DNA from: Ramazzottius varieornatus | Taxonomy: Eukaryota > Animalia > Tardigrada | Assembly: GCA_001949185.1 (NCBI GenBank) | Contig: BDGG01000004.1 | Coordinates: 3,231,267 to 3,295,266 of the forward strand | Direction: 5' to 3' | Length of the DNA stretch: 64,000 nucleotides | Part shown: positions 23,243 to 37,721 of the stretch, in pieces | How positions within the stretch are numbered: position 1 is the first letter of the stretch | Layout: each line of letters starts with the position of its first letter | Translations under genes and position numbers: made by a program | The notes under the pieces: model-generated | The model's database searches: none | What the model was told of the DNA's origin: nothing | The model's input: the letters and a program-made list of their open reading frames with translations, nothing else

Positions 23243-25544
23243 ATGTCTCACTGGGTGCCAACTCATGTGCAAGTGACCGTAGTTCGTGCAAAAAATTTGA
23301 TTCCGAAGAGCAAAAACGGAGGTTAGTAGCAACTTTATTGATGGCTCAGAAGGCCCTCTTATCGTTGTGACCGACGAACTATGTACCGGATATGTGACTG
23401 CTCACAGCGGATCATGACTTGGAATGTTGACTTTTTCTCTTTGTAGAAACCAATAACGCTTACGTGACGATACAACTTGGAAAGGTTCGTAAACAGCAGC
23501 TAGCACCTCGATGTTAATTATGCGCATTTGTGACATCGGAAACCATTAATATTCCGTAAGTGTGTTTTCAGGAAAAGTTCGAAACTTCGGTGCTGGAAAA
23601 ATCGAAAGCTCCGGAATGGAACGAGGAATGTGACTTGTAAGCATTGTGTTCATTTTTGTGTTACGGAAGGTTCGTAGATCAAAGTCCATTGGATGAGGAA
23701 CTGTGTGGACATTCTTTCTATCCGTTATTATGATGACTTTACTGTGTTTTATGTTTTATTGATTATTGACATTGCAGACGAATTACGGACTTGACGGGCA
23801 CAATCGTCTTAACAGCCTATCATAAGCACAGTCTAGGTACAGATGACTTCCTCGGTCGTGCGGAATTACACTTGCAAGATCTAAATTTTTATGATCGGCC
23901 AAAGAATATGTGAGTACCCCGCCACACGCATTACAGAACCGCTTCGAGCGCCTCACTTACGAAAGTTTATCAAAGTGGCCAATTATAAATTTGGTGGTAA
24001 ATTTGGGTATCTGTTCGCAGATGGTTTCCCCTACGAAGCAAGAAGAAGGATGTAAACAAGGAGGAGAAATACCGTGGCGAAATCCAAGTTCGTCTCAACT
24101 TTTACGTTCAGAACCTCGCAGTCAGCGTACCGAATGGACTTGACGTCAAGAAAGAGAGGTCCTCGAGCTTCCGGAACACTTTATCGAACCTCGGTACGTT
24201 CACACTGCCTCATTGCTGACGAGTTCTTCGTGTTTATTTTATTCGCTATGATTGCTCGGTATGTCGAAAGACTTGACTAGAGAGTTTTCGACTTTTTAGG
24301 CAAGACCTTGCCAAACAGGAAGCACCATGGTTCAGTCATGGACCTTGGTAGTCACAAAAGCTCTGGCTTCGGATCGGGAATGTTCTCCTCGCTTTCTCGG
24401 TCGCAGCTTCGGATCAACGAACAGTCGAATGAGAACGTTTTCGTGTACAAGCAGGATAACGTTCAAGCAAAAGCTGTTCCACCGACCCCTGAATTGAGTA
24501 AGCAGAAGAGCTTTGCCTCGGCCTCAGACAAAGTAAGATCTTGCCACCATCTGCTGTAATGTCTCTAGTCACGGTTCAGCACGTGTGTAAGATCTGGATT
24601 TCCCGTTCGTTTAGATTAGCGACGATATGGTCAGTATGACGTCTTCCGTCGACGTGAAGGACACCATTCCCTCCATTCAGCGGATTGAAAGCGAAAGCTC
24701 TACCACACTCTCAATCGCTCCTGTGAAGAAATCTTCTAGCTTCAACAAAACAAAGTCTTTTGTATCTTCCGTAGTTAGCCAGGTTGGTTTTGTCACCATT
24801 CAACGTGCGAAATTCCGTACTCGTATAGGCTATGGAAGAAACCTTGTCAGAAGGCGTGCCTGTTTTTTGGTATTGTAGGTGACCGGCAATGGTTCGCTGC
24901 ACAGGTCGCCCAGTGAGGTGGATTTAAAGAACGACACTCCAATATTACGATCGGATAACACGGTCGGCCGCAGCGCTCGCACCGCCGAAAGAAACAGCAT
25001 GACAGTTGAGAGTACATGAAACTTCCATATCCCTTGCCTTTTGTAAGGCGATTGAGCAGATGTTCTAAACCAGCGTGTTTTTGTTGTTTACTTGTAGCTA
25101 AGCGTACGAGTACCCTGAGCGAGTCGGACAGATCACCTCGGTTGAATGGAAGCGGTGGCTTTGGAAATGGTGACAGCAGTTTGATATCTATGCACGCCCC
25201 ACGTTTCACAGATGCCGAACCCAACACCCCGGAAATGATACATGTACCGAAAGACCTTATACGAAAATATGGCCATCTTGAAAAAGGGGTAAATTTCATA
25301 TCCCTATAGGTGATATCTGATTAATAGGTGGAAATTAGTTATACTTTGAATCATAATTCTAACGCCGTTTTGGCAGGATTTGATTGCTAAGCTCGCAGAC
25401 GCCGAAAAGAAGCTATCGGATAAGCAGACTGAGATTGACCGGATGCAGGCGTACATCGAATCTCTGTTGCTCAAGGTGATGGAGGCAGATCCGAAGATTT
25501 TGCAGTCATATCCACCGAACGGGCTGAAGAATGGCCATAAGTAA
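23243..25544 (+). CDS. RAB11FIP: Rab11 family-interacting protein, class I (N-terminal C2 domain, C-terminal Rab11-binding domain; Rip11-like)
   Basis: MSHWVPTHVQVTVVRAKNL...AYVTIQLGK|EKFETSV...PEWNEEC...GTDDFLGR (FIP C2 domain). C-terminal RBD MQAYIESLLLKVMEADPKIL, ending NGHK*. Confidence 0.93.
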
Positions 25545-26410
25545 AGTCGCCTGCTGTTTACGGTACCCTTGAGCGGGTCGGAGATAGTTTGGGGGGTCGT
25601 GAGGATCTTGTGATGCTTGCATCCCGGTTCTATTTGATTTTCCTCAACCTCAAAGCTCTTACATGATAGTTACGGAGTCTTCCAAATGCCAATCTAGCCT
25701 TATTCCAAGACTTAATATATTCTCTTTGTACAGCAGCGAATGGTTTCAGTATGTATTTCGTCGTTTTACCATCAGTTTAGAGAAATCTGGTGTTGCCGGT
25801 TTCCATTTTACGTTAATCAAGTTCCAAGTGGCGGGTTCCACCCTGGACTGATGGATGAAACAAACGTACTTTGTACGGAAGCACTGGATTCGATAGTCTT
25901 CTTTAGTAATTCGGGAGCGTATTTTCGGAGACTTTTAATGCAAATAAAGGAAGATGGAGTACTTCAGTCTGGCGCGGAAGCCAGAGCAGATTGCTCCTTG
26001 TCATGCAACGACCGCACACTGCGCGTACGAGGGGACGGTTGTTGAGTTAGCCACTACTGCGCCCGGTAGATGAAACAGAGCTTAGTACTCGCGCTCGCAG
26101 GCAGATCATCAGCCGATGCAGCCTAGTTGTGCGGGGTATGAATCTCCTTCAATTGATTAAGCGGAAATTGATCAGACCATAAATTGTTGACGTGTACACA
26201 TTTGCCCCAGCCGGTCTGCCTGCGTGCGTTTACAGTGAAGTAAACCCGATGAGTCCCATTCTCTCCTTTCGTCTTCTGTTGCGTGAAAGTAGGATTGTGA
26301 CTTGGACCAGACTGGGTGCTTCTCGTGAATCTGAACGTTAGGGATACAGAAGTTTTATTGGAAGGTCGGACTACGGGTTGGAACTAATCGTCTAAGCTGT
26401 CGTGCTAACC

Positions 26411-28435
26411 ATGAGGAATCGATCGCCGCTTCTCCTAACCCTCCTGGCGAGCATCTTCAAATTGTCATATTCCTCCGTATCGGATAAGAAGGTGCTTGTA
26501 CTGCTGGACAACCAGGGCATAAAGGATTCACACTCAAGATACTTCAAAGCTCTTGCAGGTACATAAGCATGCATGTTGACGTTCTGTAGCAAGAATCTAC
26601 CAAAGATTACATGCTCTTTTGCTCCAGATAACGGATTTGATCTGGACTACAAGCAAGCTGACTCTGCATCCCTCGCACTCGTCAAGTATGGAGAAAGACT
26701 ATACAGCCATGTGCTAATATTCGCACCGTCGGTCGAAGGTAATTACTTGTTCCATATAGGGCTTGCTGTTTCGTATCGAATATCACTAACGTCTTCGTTG
26801 TCATTGAACAGAGTTCGGAGGCCAAGTCAAAGTCGAGAGCCTTGCAAACTTCGTGGACGATGGAGGAAATATCCTGGTTGCGGGTGGCCAGAATCTGGGT
26901 ATGAACATGCTCCGTTCGGGTTTGTGCCTTGTTGCACGAAGCCGCACAATTGCAATCTTTGGTTCTTGCAGGTGAAGCTATTAGGGAACTTACGGCCGAA
27001 TTCGGATTTGAGCTGGATGATGAAAGTACACGTGTTGTGGATCACTTCAACTATGACACGAAGCTGGACGATGGCACGGTAAATTAGTAAGGGAAAGCTG
27101 ATTAAAGTCGCACAGTCCCTGTTCAAACTGTTTATGCGTCAAAATGGCTACAGCACACTACCATTGCCGTTGACTCCGATCTCTTGCTGCAAGCACCGAC
27201 AATCGTTGGATCCGGAACCAAGAAGCCTCTGCTGTTCCGAGGTGTCGCGTAAGTCACCCGGAATATTTTTGCCGATATGCATATTATTGCATATATATAA
27301 ATACGATGGTCTGTCAAACCTATTTTGTTTGCAGTCTGCTGTCCGACAAGGAGAATCCTCTTTCTCTGGAGGTTCTTCGCGCGCCTTCGACCGCGTATTC
27401 CACAAGCACATCCCGTCCAGCCTCTCTGGTTGGTAGGCTGGTTTACTGACGGAAATATGTCTTGACCGTATCAAGCTGACTAAGTTCGCTCCTTCCTGCA
27501 GTTCCCTGCTGGAGTTAGCAGCAACATTGCTCTTATCGGAGCGATGCAAGCCAGGAACAACGCCCGCGTTGTCATTTCCGGGTCGATGGATTTCTTCAGC
27601 AACGCCTTTTTCGATGCTGCCGTGAACGGCGCCGAAACTGAAGGACTAAGCAAGAAAACTCAGTAGGTTACAGCTTTTCGCAGTGCTGTGCACAGTTCTT
27701 CCACACAGCGTTTTTGTGGATACTTCAGAGCACAGAAATCCGGAAACGAGGAACTTGCACTGGCTCTTTCCCTCTGGGCCTTCCAGAAGTCCGGAGTGCT
27801 CAAAGTTGGCTTAGTCCAGCACCACCGAGCCGGCGAGAACAGCACTCCCTCCGACTATACCGTTAAGGATAACGTGGAGTACAGTATCGAAATCACACAG
27901 CGACAGGGAGACAGGTGGATTCCGTTCAAGGGAACCGATGTATTCCTGGAGTTTGTCAGGATCGATCCTTTTGTGCGAACAAATATGGTCGCGAAAGGTT
28001 GGTCCTTTGCCACTTCATAAAGTTCATCTCGAATGGTGGTACTGCAGTGTCACTTGCTTCCGTAGACGGTGTGTTCGTTTCGAAATTCGTCGTGCCCGAT
28101 GTCTATGGAGTGTATCAGTTCAAAGTGGATTACGATCGTTTGGGCTACACACACCTCTTCTCCACAACTCAGGTAAGTTTGAGATCCACCTGAACGCACA
28201 TTCGTTTTGGAGTTTTGATGCGCAGTGATTTATCACATGTTGCTTTACCATGATGTTTGATTGATAGGTTTCCGTTCGACCATACAAACACACAGAGTAT
28301 GAGAGGTTCATCGGTTCGGCATATCCTTACTACCTTAGCGCAATTTCCATGATCGCCGGCACGTTTGTTTTTGTACTGGTTTTTAATAGCTATAAAGATG
28401 ATGATGTTGTCCTCTCGACGAAAAAGAAGGAGTAG
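26411..28435 (+). CDS. DDOST: Oligosaccharyltransferase 48 kDa subunit (OST48/WBP1), multi-exon
   Basis: Signal peptide; VLVLLDN...HSRYFKAL; [14 protein letters not shown]; [11 protein letters not shown]; [31 protein letters not shown]; [12 protein letters not shown]; TM helix and a dilysine ER-retrieval end KKKE*. Confidence 0.97.
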
Positions 28436-28575
28436 AAAAAGACCGCACCTTTTTGGTTTTGCTGACCATGTTCCGCTACCAGCATCTTGTGTTTTTTTAA
28501 AATTGATCTGGCAGCGAAATCCGCTCCAAAATCAGATTCAAATTAGCACGAAAGTTTCCGATTTTTAGTCCTGTG

Positions 28576-28728
28576 CAGTGCCAGCGTCATGGCGCCCCCT
28601 AGCTGTTATTTTTTAGTCTCAAAATTACGTCATCAATGGTGCCTTCGATTGATTAATTTCGATTTGATCAGATTTCGTTAATTGAGCCTGAAAAGTAACA
28701 GCTAGGGGGCGCCATTACGCTGCCTCTG
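28576..28728. mobile_element. hAT-type MITE, 153 bp, with about 50-bp TIRs and an 8-bp TSD
   Basis: Ends CAG...CTG. Left TIR CAGTGCCAGCGTCATGGCGCCCCCTAGCTGTTATTTTT; reverse complement of right TIR CAGAGGCAGCGTAATGGCGCCCCCTAGCTGTTACTTTT. Flanked by GTCCTGTG (28568-28575) and GTCCTGTA (28729-28736). An 8-bp TSD with CAG ends is typical of hAT. Confidence 0.85.
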
Positions 28729-31700
28729 GTCCTGTAGAATGTGTCATGAAGTCATAATTTCAGCCCAAAATTTCCTAAGGTCCTTACAGCGGGAAATATC
28801 GTGACGCTGACCTAGATACCTTTGGTTCAGAGGTACGCATGCCACTTTTTAAGGACCTTCTAGTGAAGAGTTGAGACCTGGGAAGAACAGCTCCAAGAGC
28901 TTCATAGCAGAATTCGAAGCGCACGTACAGTAAGTGAACCGTGTTACCAATACTGCCACCTACAGTCGAACATTATTACACAGTGGGAATGACCTACAGT
29001 ACGAATGACAGCTGACATCACCGATAACATGTCACAGACAAAAGTCACTGATGAGTAATCTCAATTCTCCAGTCTACACATCTTCATTACTCTATAATCC
29101 TCTTTCGTGAACGTTGCAGGAATTTGCGCCTGGCTTGACAGTTCCGAAGATTTCTCGCTCACTTTTCTTTCATACACAGCTGTGTAAGTTTGTAGGATTG
29201 GATACGGTGGATCACTTCAGCAAGATCGTTCGGACGGATCTGCCAACCGGTCTCACCCATTGGATGAGTGGGGGAAGAAGCAGTTTGGGACATTCGTACG
29301 AATTGGATCACCTCAGATACAGGTGAGTGAGTCCTCATGCTTGTGAGCGTATCTTTTGAAATACCAATAGTTGTCCAAAGACAGAAGGGACAGATGCGCT
29401 TCGACTTCTGAGTGTGCTGATTGGGACGGTGATGGTGCGGAGGCCATCTGCGGCAGATGACTTGCTTCCGTCAGTCTTTAGTAGTCAGCTTAACGTAAAC
29501 GTGGTTTACTTTGACCGTGGGGCTGTTTTTGGACTGTGGACATCACAGGAAGCGGAAGAGACACGAGCTGTCGAGGCTGGATGTTCGAGATGGGGAGTGA
29601 AAGTTCGTAGAACAGTTCGCTTCAAGCGTTTAATTAGGGACGGTCTCTGCTCAATTAAAGCATTGCTTACTGTGCATGGTTATGCCACTGTTTATTTATA
29701 TTAGCACATCTTTGACTGCACGCTCTTGATGGATGCGAGCTTCACCAGGATCGAGAAGGCTCAAAAACGAGGGGAATTTTCGGACGAGAGAATGTATGCC
29801 TATGGGCTAAGGCGTCTTTCAGAAAAGAGCTACCGTCATCGTTATTTTTATAACCGAGGCCGCCAAGCGAAATCAGGTTTTCCGTGTTATATTGTGGTTC
29901 TTGCCTTTACATCGATACAGGCAGCGATCTCCTTGGAGTCTCTATAGATGTTTACCTTTTTGGTACTGAACCCATGCTGAGACTACTGCTGTGATAATGG
30001 CTGGAAATTCATTTTAGCGCTTGCCGAAGCATCGATGGCGTATGGAGACTGCAGTCCAGAATATCGAGTTTCCGGCCATGGTTGATGGCGCATGTCTTGC
30101 GCTTGCTGCTTGACGTTGGCTTCACGTGACTTCACGGTACATCAAAACATTGCTTTCGAAGGAGAAAAAGAATGGCTGTTCGCTTGTCAAAGTCGAACTT
30201 CTGCATGACCAAAGTATTTTTGTATCATGTTCGAAGTTTTTTCATGTCAGCAGCGAAAACTAGGAAGTAATTTGACACATCGTCCACTCGTTAGCCATCA
30301 TTAATCATTTCCATTTGTGAAAGAAGCAAAGTGCGTTTGTTGTCCACGTGAGCACGGAAGCGAACAAAAACATGTGGAAAACATCCACCAAGAAAACTTC
30401 CGTAGAAAAATCTGCCCATGTTTCTATTTCTACGGCATAAGGACGCTTTTTCTTATCTGAAAATATTTGGCTTTGAACTTTACTCTATGTTCTAGATTGC
30501 CCATGGTCTTCTTGGCGTAGTGTGGCGGTGGAAATCGACAAGGATGTGACGGGAGCAAACACGTCATATCTTTGTGAGATGATTTCCGCTCCACTTTGAA
30601 GTCGATATCGCCCCGGCGTAAAAACAAACAAACTCAAATCTGATCTACTTTAACCACAAGTTTGTTGCTGATTTGGCCGTCACTTTGACAAACAGAGGGC
30701 TGAAACCGCTGGGCACAGCTGAAATAACTGGAACGGCAAGTTCATCCGTGTCAGTTTCACTTATTATTTTTTACTGGGTTTTCTCTACGAGTAGCACTTC
30801 TCTACGGCTGAGCACCGCGGCATTTTTGTCTTCATTTGGCATTAAAACATTGATGGATAATGTGCGGCATCTTGACTAGTTAACCAGTTGATGGTCACCG
30901 CTGTGAAGTGCTTGATGTGCTCACGCCGTGCAATGCTTATCTTGCTAATGCTTTTCGACTTCGATCCATTTTCAAACGATTTTGAACTCCTGTAGTCTCA
31001 AAAGGTACCGATCGCATTTGAGCTAGATGCGATAACTTTAAAGTTTTTACGGCTCCGAAATCAAGCGAGTTTTAGTGCTGTTTGATTTCGAAAGGTCCCA
31101 CCCCAAAGACTTGTTGGAGTACCGCAGTCAGATATTTCCCACCGGTATGGCGAACTTTTTTTATGGTCTGAGTGCTTGATGGTCAGTTTTTTCGGTTCGA
31201 AGCACTACAAAGTATAACAGTATGCAGTCTTCTTATGCTATCGTCCATCGGACCATCGCTTGGGTGACTTGTTGCTAGCCTCTTGCTGATTGTAGTGTGC
31301 TACCGTGGGCGGAAGCGAAAAACCTGCTTTTCAGCGATGCGGAAATTTAACTGTCAAGAGCTTGCTTGTGAAATGAATGCGAGCAACCATTGATCATTTT
31401 ACTGTTTGCCTTTAAACTATTTCCGTTGTCGAGCTGGCTTTGAGGTGCAATTAAGTGCTTTGTATGTGTAAAATGGGGGCCGCCTTTTTCCTCACAAAAC
31501 TTCTCCATGCAGCGACGCTCTGAACTCACTTAGGTCTAATAACTACCGTCAAGTGATCATCTTTGCCGGTCTTTCTGCCCTTCGGCAGATCCGGCATTTC
31601 TTTGCACATTAGTCTTTCTCATGGTAAGATGCCCATTTTACGGTCGGAAACAATCTCATTTTGAACTATTTTGATAAGCGTGGGGCGTAGGTGTTATCGT

Positions 31701-34700
31701 CAAAGTCTTCGTAGCCTGACACCTTCGATGCCGCCACCACAAATTGAGGTGACGGTTCGAAATATGGTTCTCAACAAATTGAAAAATTCAGCCTGAAGGA
31801 AAAGTTAATCAAAGTTAGCAGAAGACAGACAAATTTCGACTCTTTCCTCTCTTGTCAATTCCGGTTCTCTGAGGTTCTTCGAGGATCTCGCGCTGAACTA
31901 GTCGTAAGACCAGTCTCGTTGAAAACTCGTGTGTAGCATTTAGCTTTCGGTTTGTTATAGATATGTAGATGGCAACATAAAGTTTCGCTCCGTGTGCGAA
32001 GAGCGTATTGTGCCAAAAAATTCCATTAATACTTTTTTTGACGAGTGACACTCCCATTAGGCTGGATTTCCCAGAAGATGCAGCGATCGAGCGTAATCGT
32101 TTCTGATGGAGAATTTATGGTTTAAGTATGGAAAAGTCGATAGGATGGATGGAGAATTGTGTAAGCCGATTGCTCCGTAGCTGCATGTCCGCTGTATATC
32201 TTTACGAGATCGAGCGAGGAACTATGCAGTAGCAGAGCTCTTCCGCCGAAGGCAGTTACTATCGATTTCTATTGGAAGCGCCATGTACTAACTTAGCTCA
32301 GCAGTGGTGTATTACCCTGTGATGCTCTTCGTCTTCGCTTTTCCGCTGCAGTCTGTATACGCGAAAGCACCCCGATGGTTCCAGTTTTGTAGCGTTTCAA
32401 ACACGAATCATTCTGCTAACCTCTGCGAAGTACCTTCAGTTCGCCATCAGACTCTCATCCGCTGACTACAAGTCCTTACATATTTTGCTGCTTCTTGCAG
32501 ATCGTTGAGCTTCACTCGTTTGCTACGGATTTCCGTCATCTGGAAGAACGTCCCGAAACTACGGAGCTTAGAGGTGAGAGTGACAGTCAACTGTGGGACT
32601 CAAAATCTCGGTTGCTTTTTGGGGCATTTGGGTACTAATTGCCTCCGTATGACATACGGCGGTGGTATCGATTTCGCTCTGGTTGTGAAAAGGTTTCCTA
32701 GAGTAGTTACAGTATCGAGATTCGCCCTGAAGGTTGAGACTTACGTAAGCCGGAAGAAGGAATGTGGAAGCCTTTGTTGCTTGAGAAAGCTCCCAGAGGC
32801 AAAGGACGCGGGGTGTTTCGTAAGGTGCGCATGCTGATATGATTGGGAATATGAACCAATATTTGACCGTGAGCTAGGCTTTATGTCACGCACTGATTAC
32901 GCTCCAGTTGACAAGCCGAGAGAGAAAGGCGCATAGGGTTCCTTCGGGACCTTTCTCCCACCTCCTTCCCGCAGCTAGGCGGATACAACGTAATCTTTTA
33001 ATTTCGTTCGTTAACCCACCTTTATGGCACTTCCTTTTCTTTGGGGAATAAGATACGTTTACCGTTGGGCTATATTGCTGCTCCACAATCTGCCTTCCCT
33101 TTGTGATGCTTCGGTGCAGGAAGAGCCTGTGATATGAGCAGAAGTCTGGGTATGAGCTTGTAATCGTTAAGTCATGTAATGATTACAAAGGATGTTTGCG
33201 TTTTCGCCTCTGTATAACTTTGGTCGCGACCGGCAACTTTCATCTGGAATATTTCGGACCATTCGCTAGGCAATGAGCCATGAGAAATATGTTTGTTTAT
33301 TTGACATTGATTGAATGTTTGGTATCGATTTCATGCTTGCTTCTTGCTTTTGTTTGACAGTGATCACAGCGTGGCGTGGACGCTGGTCAGCAGAAATGTG
33401 AGAAGAGCCCTTCCGGGAGTTTTCAGTGCCTGTCTGTCAAGCTTGTGAAGGTAATTATGGCAGACACACCAGATAACAGTTCAGACTTCCTTCTTGAGGT
33501 GAATCAACGCAGATAAAATATTGTCGAAAAATAAAAAAAAACCGCAATTTCTTGGATGCTTCGGCTTTCCTAGAAGAGGACGTCATCGCAACTACTGTGT
33601 AAAACATTCTCCAGTTAATTGTGATAAATAATGGGGTTCGGCGGCCCGGTTTCCGGAACATTATTTTGCTACCAAATGACCCTTTCCTGTAATGAAGTTT
33701 GAGAGATTATCCAGGGGCATCGGATGGTAGCTTTGCCGGACCTCGCCGTGGCTCAAAGTCTCAATAACATTGTTTGCCCTTTTGGCAAGATATTCCAGGA
33801 TACTTCAGGGGCGAATGGCGATTGACAGCTGAAACACCCCATCCTGGGGGTTCCGTGTCCAAACGATTGTATGTGTAAGACTTAGTCTTACGATGTGTGA
33901 CGTCATTCTGATGTCAGACAGAAAGACAAAATTCCAACCGCTTTGTATCTTCCTGACGTCGCCGTTTGACCAGTGGTCAGTTGGCCAAATGGCTTCAGCT
34001 TCATGTTCCTCAACATTTGTTCATGTTACCTCGTCAGCAGTTAGGAAAAGCCACGGAGTGCCAGAACTTCGAAAGTCAAAACCGATTCCTGCACAATCGT
34101 GTTATTAGCCAATGTTCCGGATAACTGGGCCGCCGAAACCCCTATGTTGTCCGGCGTTTACTGCAGTAAGTGAAATTATTAGGCTTCCTTGTGCTTGTTC
34201 GGTGGCGTAATTTACTTTGGACAGAAAAACCGGACAGTCGACTTTTTCGTCGAGGAAAACCTTGTTTTTGCTGGTTGGGCCTTCGGTTGCGTGGTCCGTT
34301 GAGCTTTCACGTGTTTTTTAGAATTCAACGGCTGGATGGGGTGTGATGTAATCTTGAGTCTTTCTGCTCTAGTTTCTGGTCGTCCATTCATCGTGGGAAC
34401 ATCTCGCGGTAATGTGGCTGGTGCCGTATTCCTGTGCGCAGTTCGTGAACTCGACACACTTCCCGACTGATGCTTGTCGCTGAGCAGCTGCACTTGAGAC
34501 ACGCCATAGTGGGTAATAGACTTCTCAAATGCAATGATGCGTTGCAGCTTGAGTTAAGAATCGGAGATCTCGAGTAGCTTTTGCATCCTTTTGCGGTAGA
34601 GAACGGAAGGAGAGCCAGATAGCGAAGGGCCCTCAGAAGCGCGGCAGGCTTTTGTTGAAGCTTAATGTGGCGATAGCAGCTTTGATATCGTGAGAAACAT

Positions 34701-37700
34701 GAGATTTGGGAGCTTATCAAGACGACCCACTTTCTAACTCTAAGTGTTTCGGCAGTGATGTGGGTGTTTGCGGGACGTCTTTCAATGATGGGATTATCCG
34801 AGGCTGAGTCTCGGGTTTCCCGCGTGTGTGTGAAATCGCAGGTACTGCTGTATCGCGAAGACAAGCATTTGACTATTTTGTGAAAAATGCTTTCCCATCT
34901 TGCTATTCGAAGATCAGGATTCTGGACACGCAAGCATAGAATATCGGGGTCTCAATACATATGTATTTTTTCAAAAATGCTTGAGTAAGACCGAAGGCTT
35001 GTTTTGCCGGAAAGGCTTGTTGTCCGCCACTTCCGCCTTTGCCATCTGTATGCTGACGAAGGACTTTTCGGACACTTTGAATGTGTTAAAACCATTTTGA
35101 ACTTGACAAGTGTCCAGGGCCTCTTGCTGAACTGTAAATACGCGGAGGCGCGTGTTAAAACGTTTTGGGCGTATGAATCCATATCGAGTTTGCAGCTGGA
35201 CGTGGTCGTTGTGCAAATTGGCTAGCATGTGGCGAGCACTCTTTATGGAGGCTGATTGTGTATGGTATTGACTGAGTTTGTCTGTATGTCAGCGTTTATC
35301 AAGCTCGGGAAGCTGACAATATGGACTGAACACGGTGCAAGTCTGGCCTAAAAGCAGCGCCTTGTTCGTCGTTATATCTTCCCGTCGCTTTCCATCGTTT
35401 CAACAATACTGGCCATTACATGGCTCTTCGAATAACTCTTTACTCGTAAAGTAAGCAGACTAACAATCCCATTATTCCTTTGACCTCCACAAATCACCTT
35501 TGTTACTCACTGAAGAGATCTATGTGGAATGGATGGACATAAAGTAGATCGATTGAGAACAGTATAAATGCCGGCGACGGCGGCGAGCGACGCTGGCGCT
35601 CTACCTCATTCACCTGCATACATCTCGTCACGGTGAATATACGGCACATTGTATGCAGGTACCCGATGTTTGCGTGGGTTCGAAGTGGGCTGGTTTCCTT
35701 TCATTAGTCCCGAGTGGGTTCTTTCGTGGGTAAGTTTGTAATTTATTTATTTATATGTTTATGGTAGTTAACAGATGTCGGCACTTGGCTGATCGTTCTT
35801 CCTTTGTGATGATTTTGTGCATAGTATAGCTAGTCGTTATGCATTCAATGGCGTAATGTTTGCGGGGGAAAGTGGGTGTTTAGTGGAGATGATAGTGGGG
35901 AATATTGGAGCATTTTAGGCTGTGGATTGAATTTCGTAATGATGGTGGCGGTGAAAAAGGGTGGAAGCTGACACGGCCTTTCCATGGTTGGGCGAGACAC
36001 GCGGAGATTGCTGGAAACTGGTAAACATGCAATCTGCATCCACTTTGTACTTTAATTTGTAGGAAGGTTCTCCGGGTCTCCTTCCCACTTTGATCTCTCG
36101 TCGCTTGCTGGCGATGTAGCACGGAATGGCCGGCAGCATCCCACATGTTCCGATCGACGACGACGACAGCGCATGCGTGTTATTCGATCAGGACGAAATC
36201 TCACGAGCAGGTTGGAAAGACTAATATTAGGATTAATGTTTATGAGCGTTAATAGTTTAGTGCGCAGATGTCACCGCTTGATAGCAACTGCTCTGGACTA
36301 TCGCTTAAATAAATCAAGACCAATGACAGATGAGCATCGAGCGCGGAAGACTGAAGAAATGTAACGGCGCTTCTGTCCATTATTTTCTGTGTTCCTTCCG
36401 TAACCACTCAAAAATCCAACTTGATTTCAGTTTTCCATTATAAGTTATTTTCCCATCTATTCTTGGACGAGCTTTTGACATCTCTGGGATAATTTATGTA
36501 CGGTTTGCGGCGGTAGGAGGTTAAATACGGACAGGACTTTTTAGTGAAGTGGGTCGACACAAATATAGCTGTGTCAATAATAGTCTCTTTAGGAGTTATG
36601 AAACCTCGGTTGTAATGACTGTACTTGCTCTTTTTCGGGTTTGATGGTTTGGACGTGAAACTAGATATCTAGTGGCTGGAAGGTTTTGTTTGTCAGTCTT
36701 TGCTAAGTGAAATCATATGCGGAAGTATCGATATCACTTTCCGCGCACTTGACGAATGACGCTGGAAATGCCGAAGACGGTAATTGAGGCGGGTTCTCAT
36801 GCTGACCACAAGACAAACGACTGTCTACAGTACTATGCGGTAGGCATTCTCATTCCGTGGTCAATTCCGACGGAAGCCTGCGAAGATAATTACTGGGTCG
36901 AATGGCCATAAGAAAGGGGAAGAAGTACCGAGGAGGCATTTTTTTCTGCGGTTTGTATCGAGTACGACGAAGAGAGCCTTTGGACTGATCACAGATCGTT
37001 AATCACGAATGCAAGTACGAGTCTTGAGGGGAGTGTCATTGGAGCTGCATGGTCTAATTGTGTCTTCTCGCCGGTCGAGCTTAGATTATTAGCCAGTGAG
37101 CTTGTTTCCATTTGGACATCTTTGCTCATTGTGTGCAGACTATAGCGAAGTGTTCGAGTTGGCGGAAAGGTAACAGAATAAGTTCTCTTGTCTTCTCTGA
37201 TTCCCCTCCGATTCGATGTACCAGGTTCCGTTCAGGTTCAGGGCAGATGGAAATAGTCGTCTGAAGTGCCCCATTTCTCCTCTGTCTCGACAGTGCAAAC
37301 TTGACAACCAAACCATTATTCACCATTGTCCGGTCTCTACTACTATCAAGTTTATCGACAGGAAAACCTCCTGTTGTTTTCCATGGATTTTTTTATTTTC
37401 GAAATGAGGGTGAATCGATTAGGGGAGAATTTACTCTGTGAGGATCTCACGTGTATATTCATTCTTTGCAGATTTTGCCAAGTGAGACGGGACATTCGTC
37501 GGATTCTTCTGTCATGATGGATTTTGGCCGACGCCATTAGGCTGACATTCTCGGGGCGTATTTGAGGACGGCAGGTGTGTATACTGAATAAATGAATACC
37601 GATCGGAGCTGCAGTGCTCTAGATATGCGATGTGAAAGTGTGAAAGAAGCCTTTCCGTCATGACAACCACGACTTGAGATGAATGCGTATAAGCATCAGC

Positions 37701-37721
37701 TGGTGTGCCTTTTGTAGGCCC

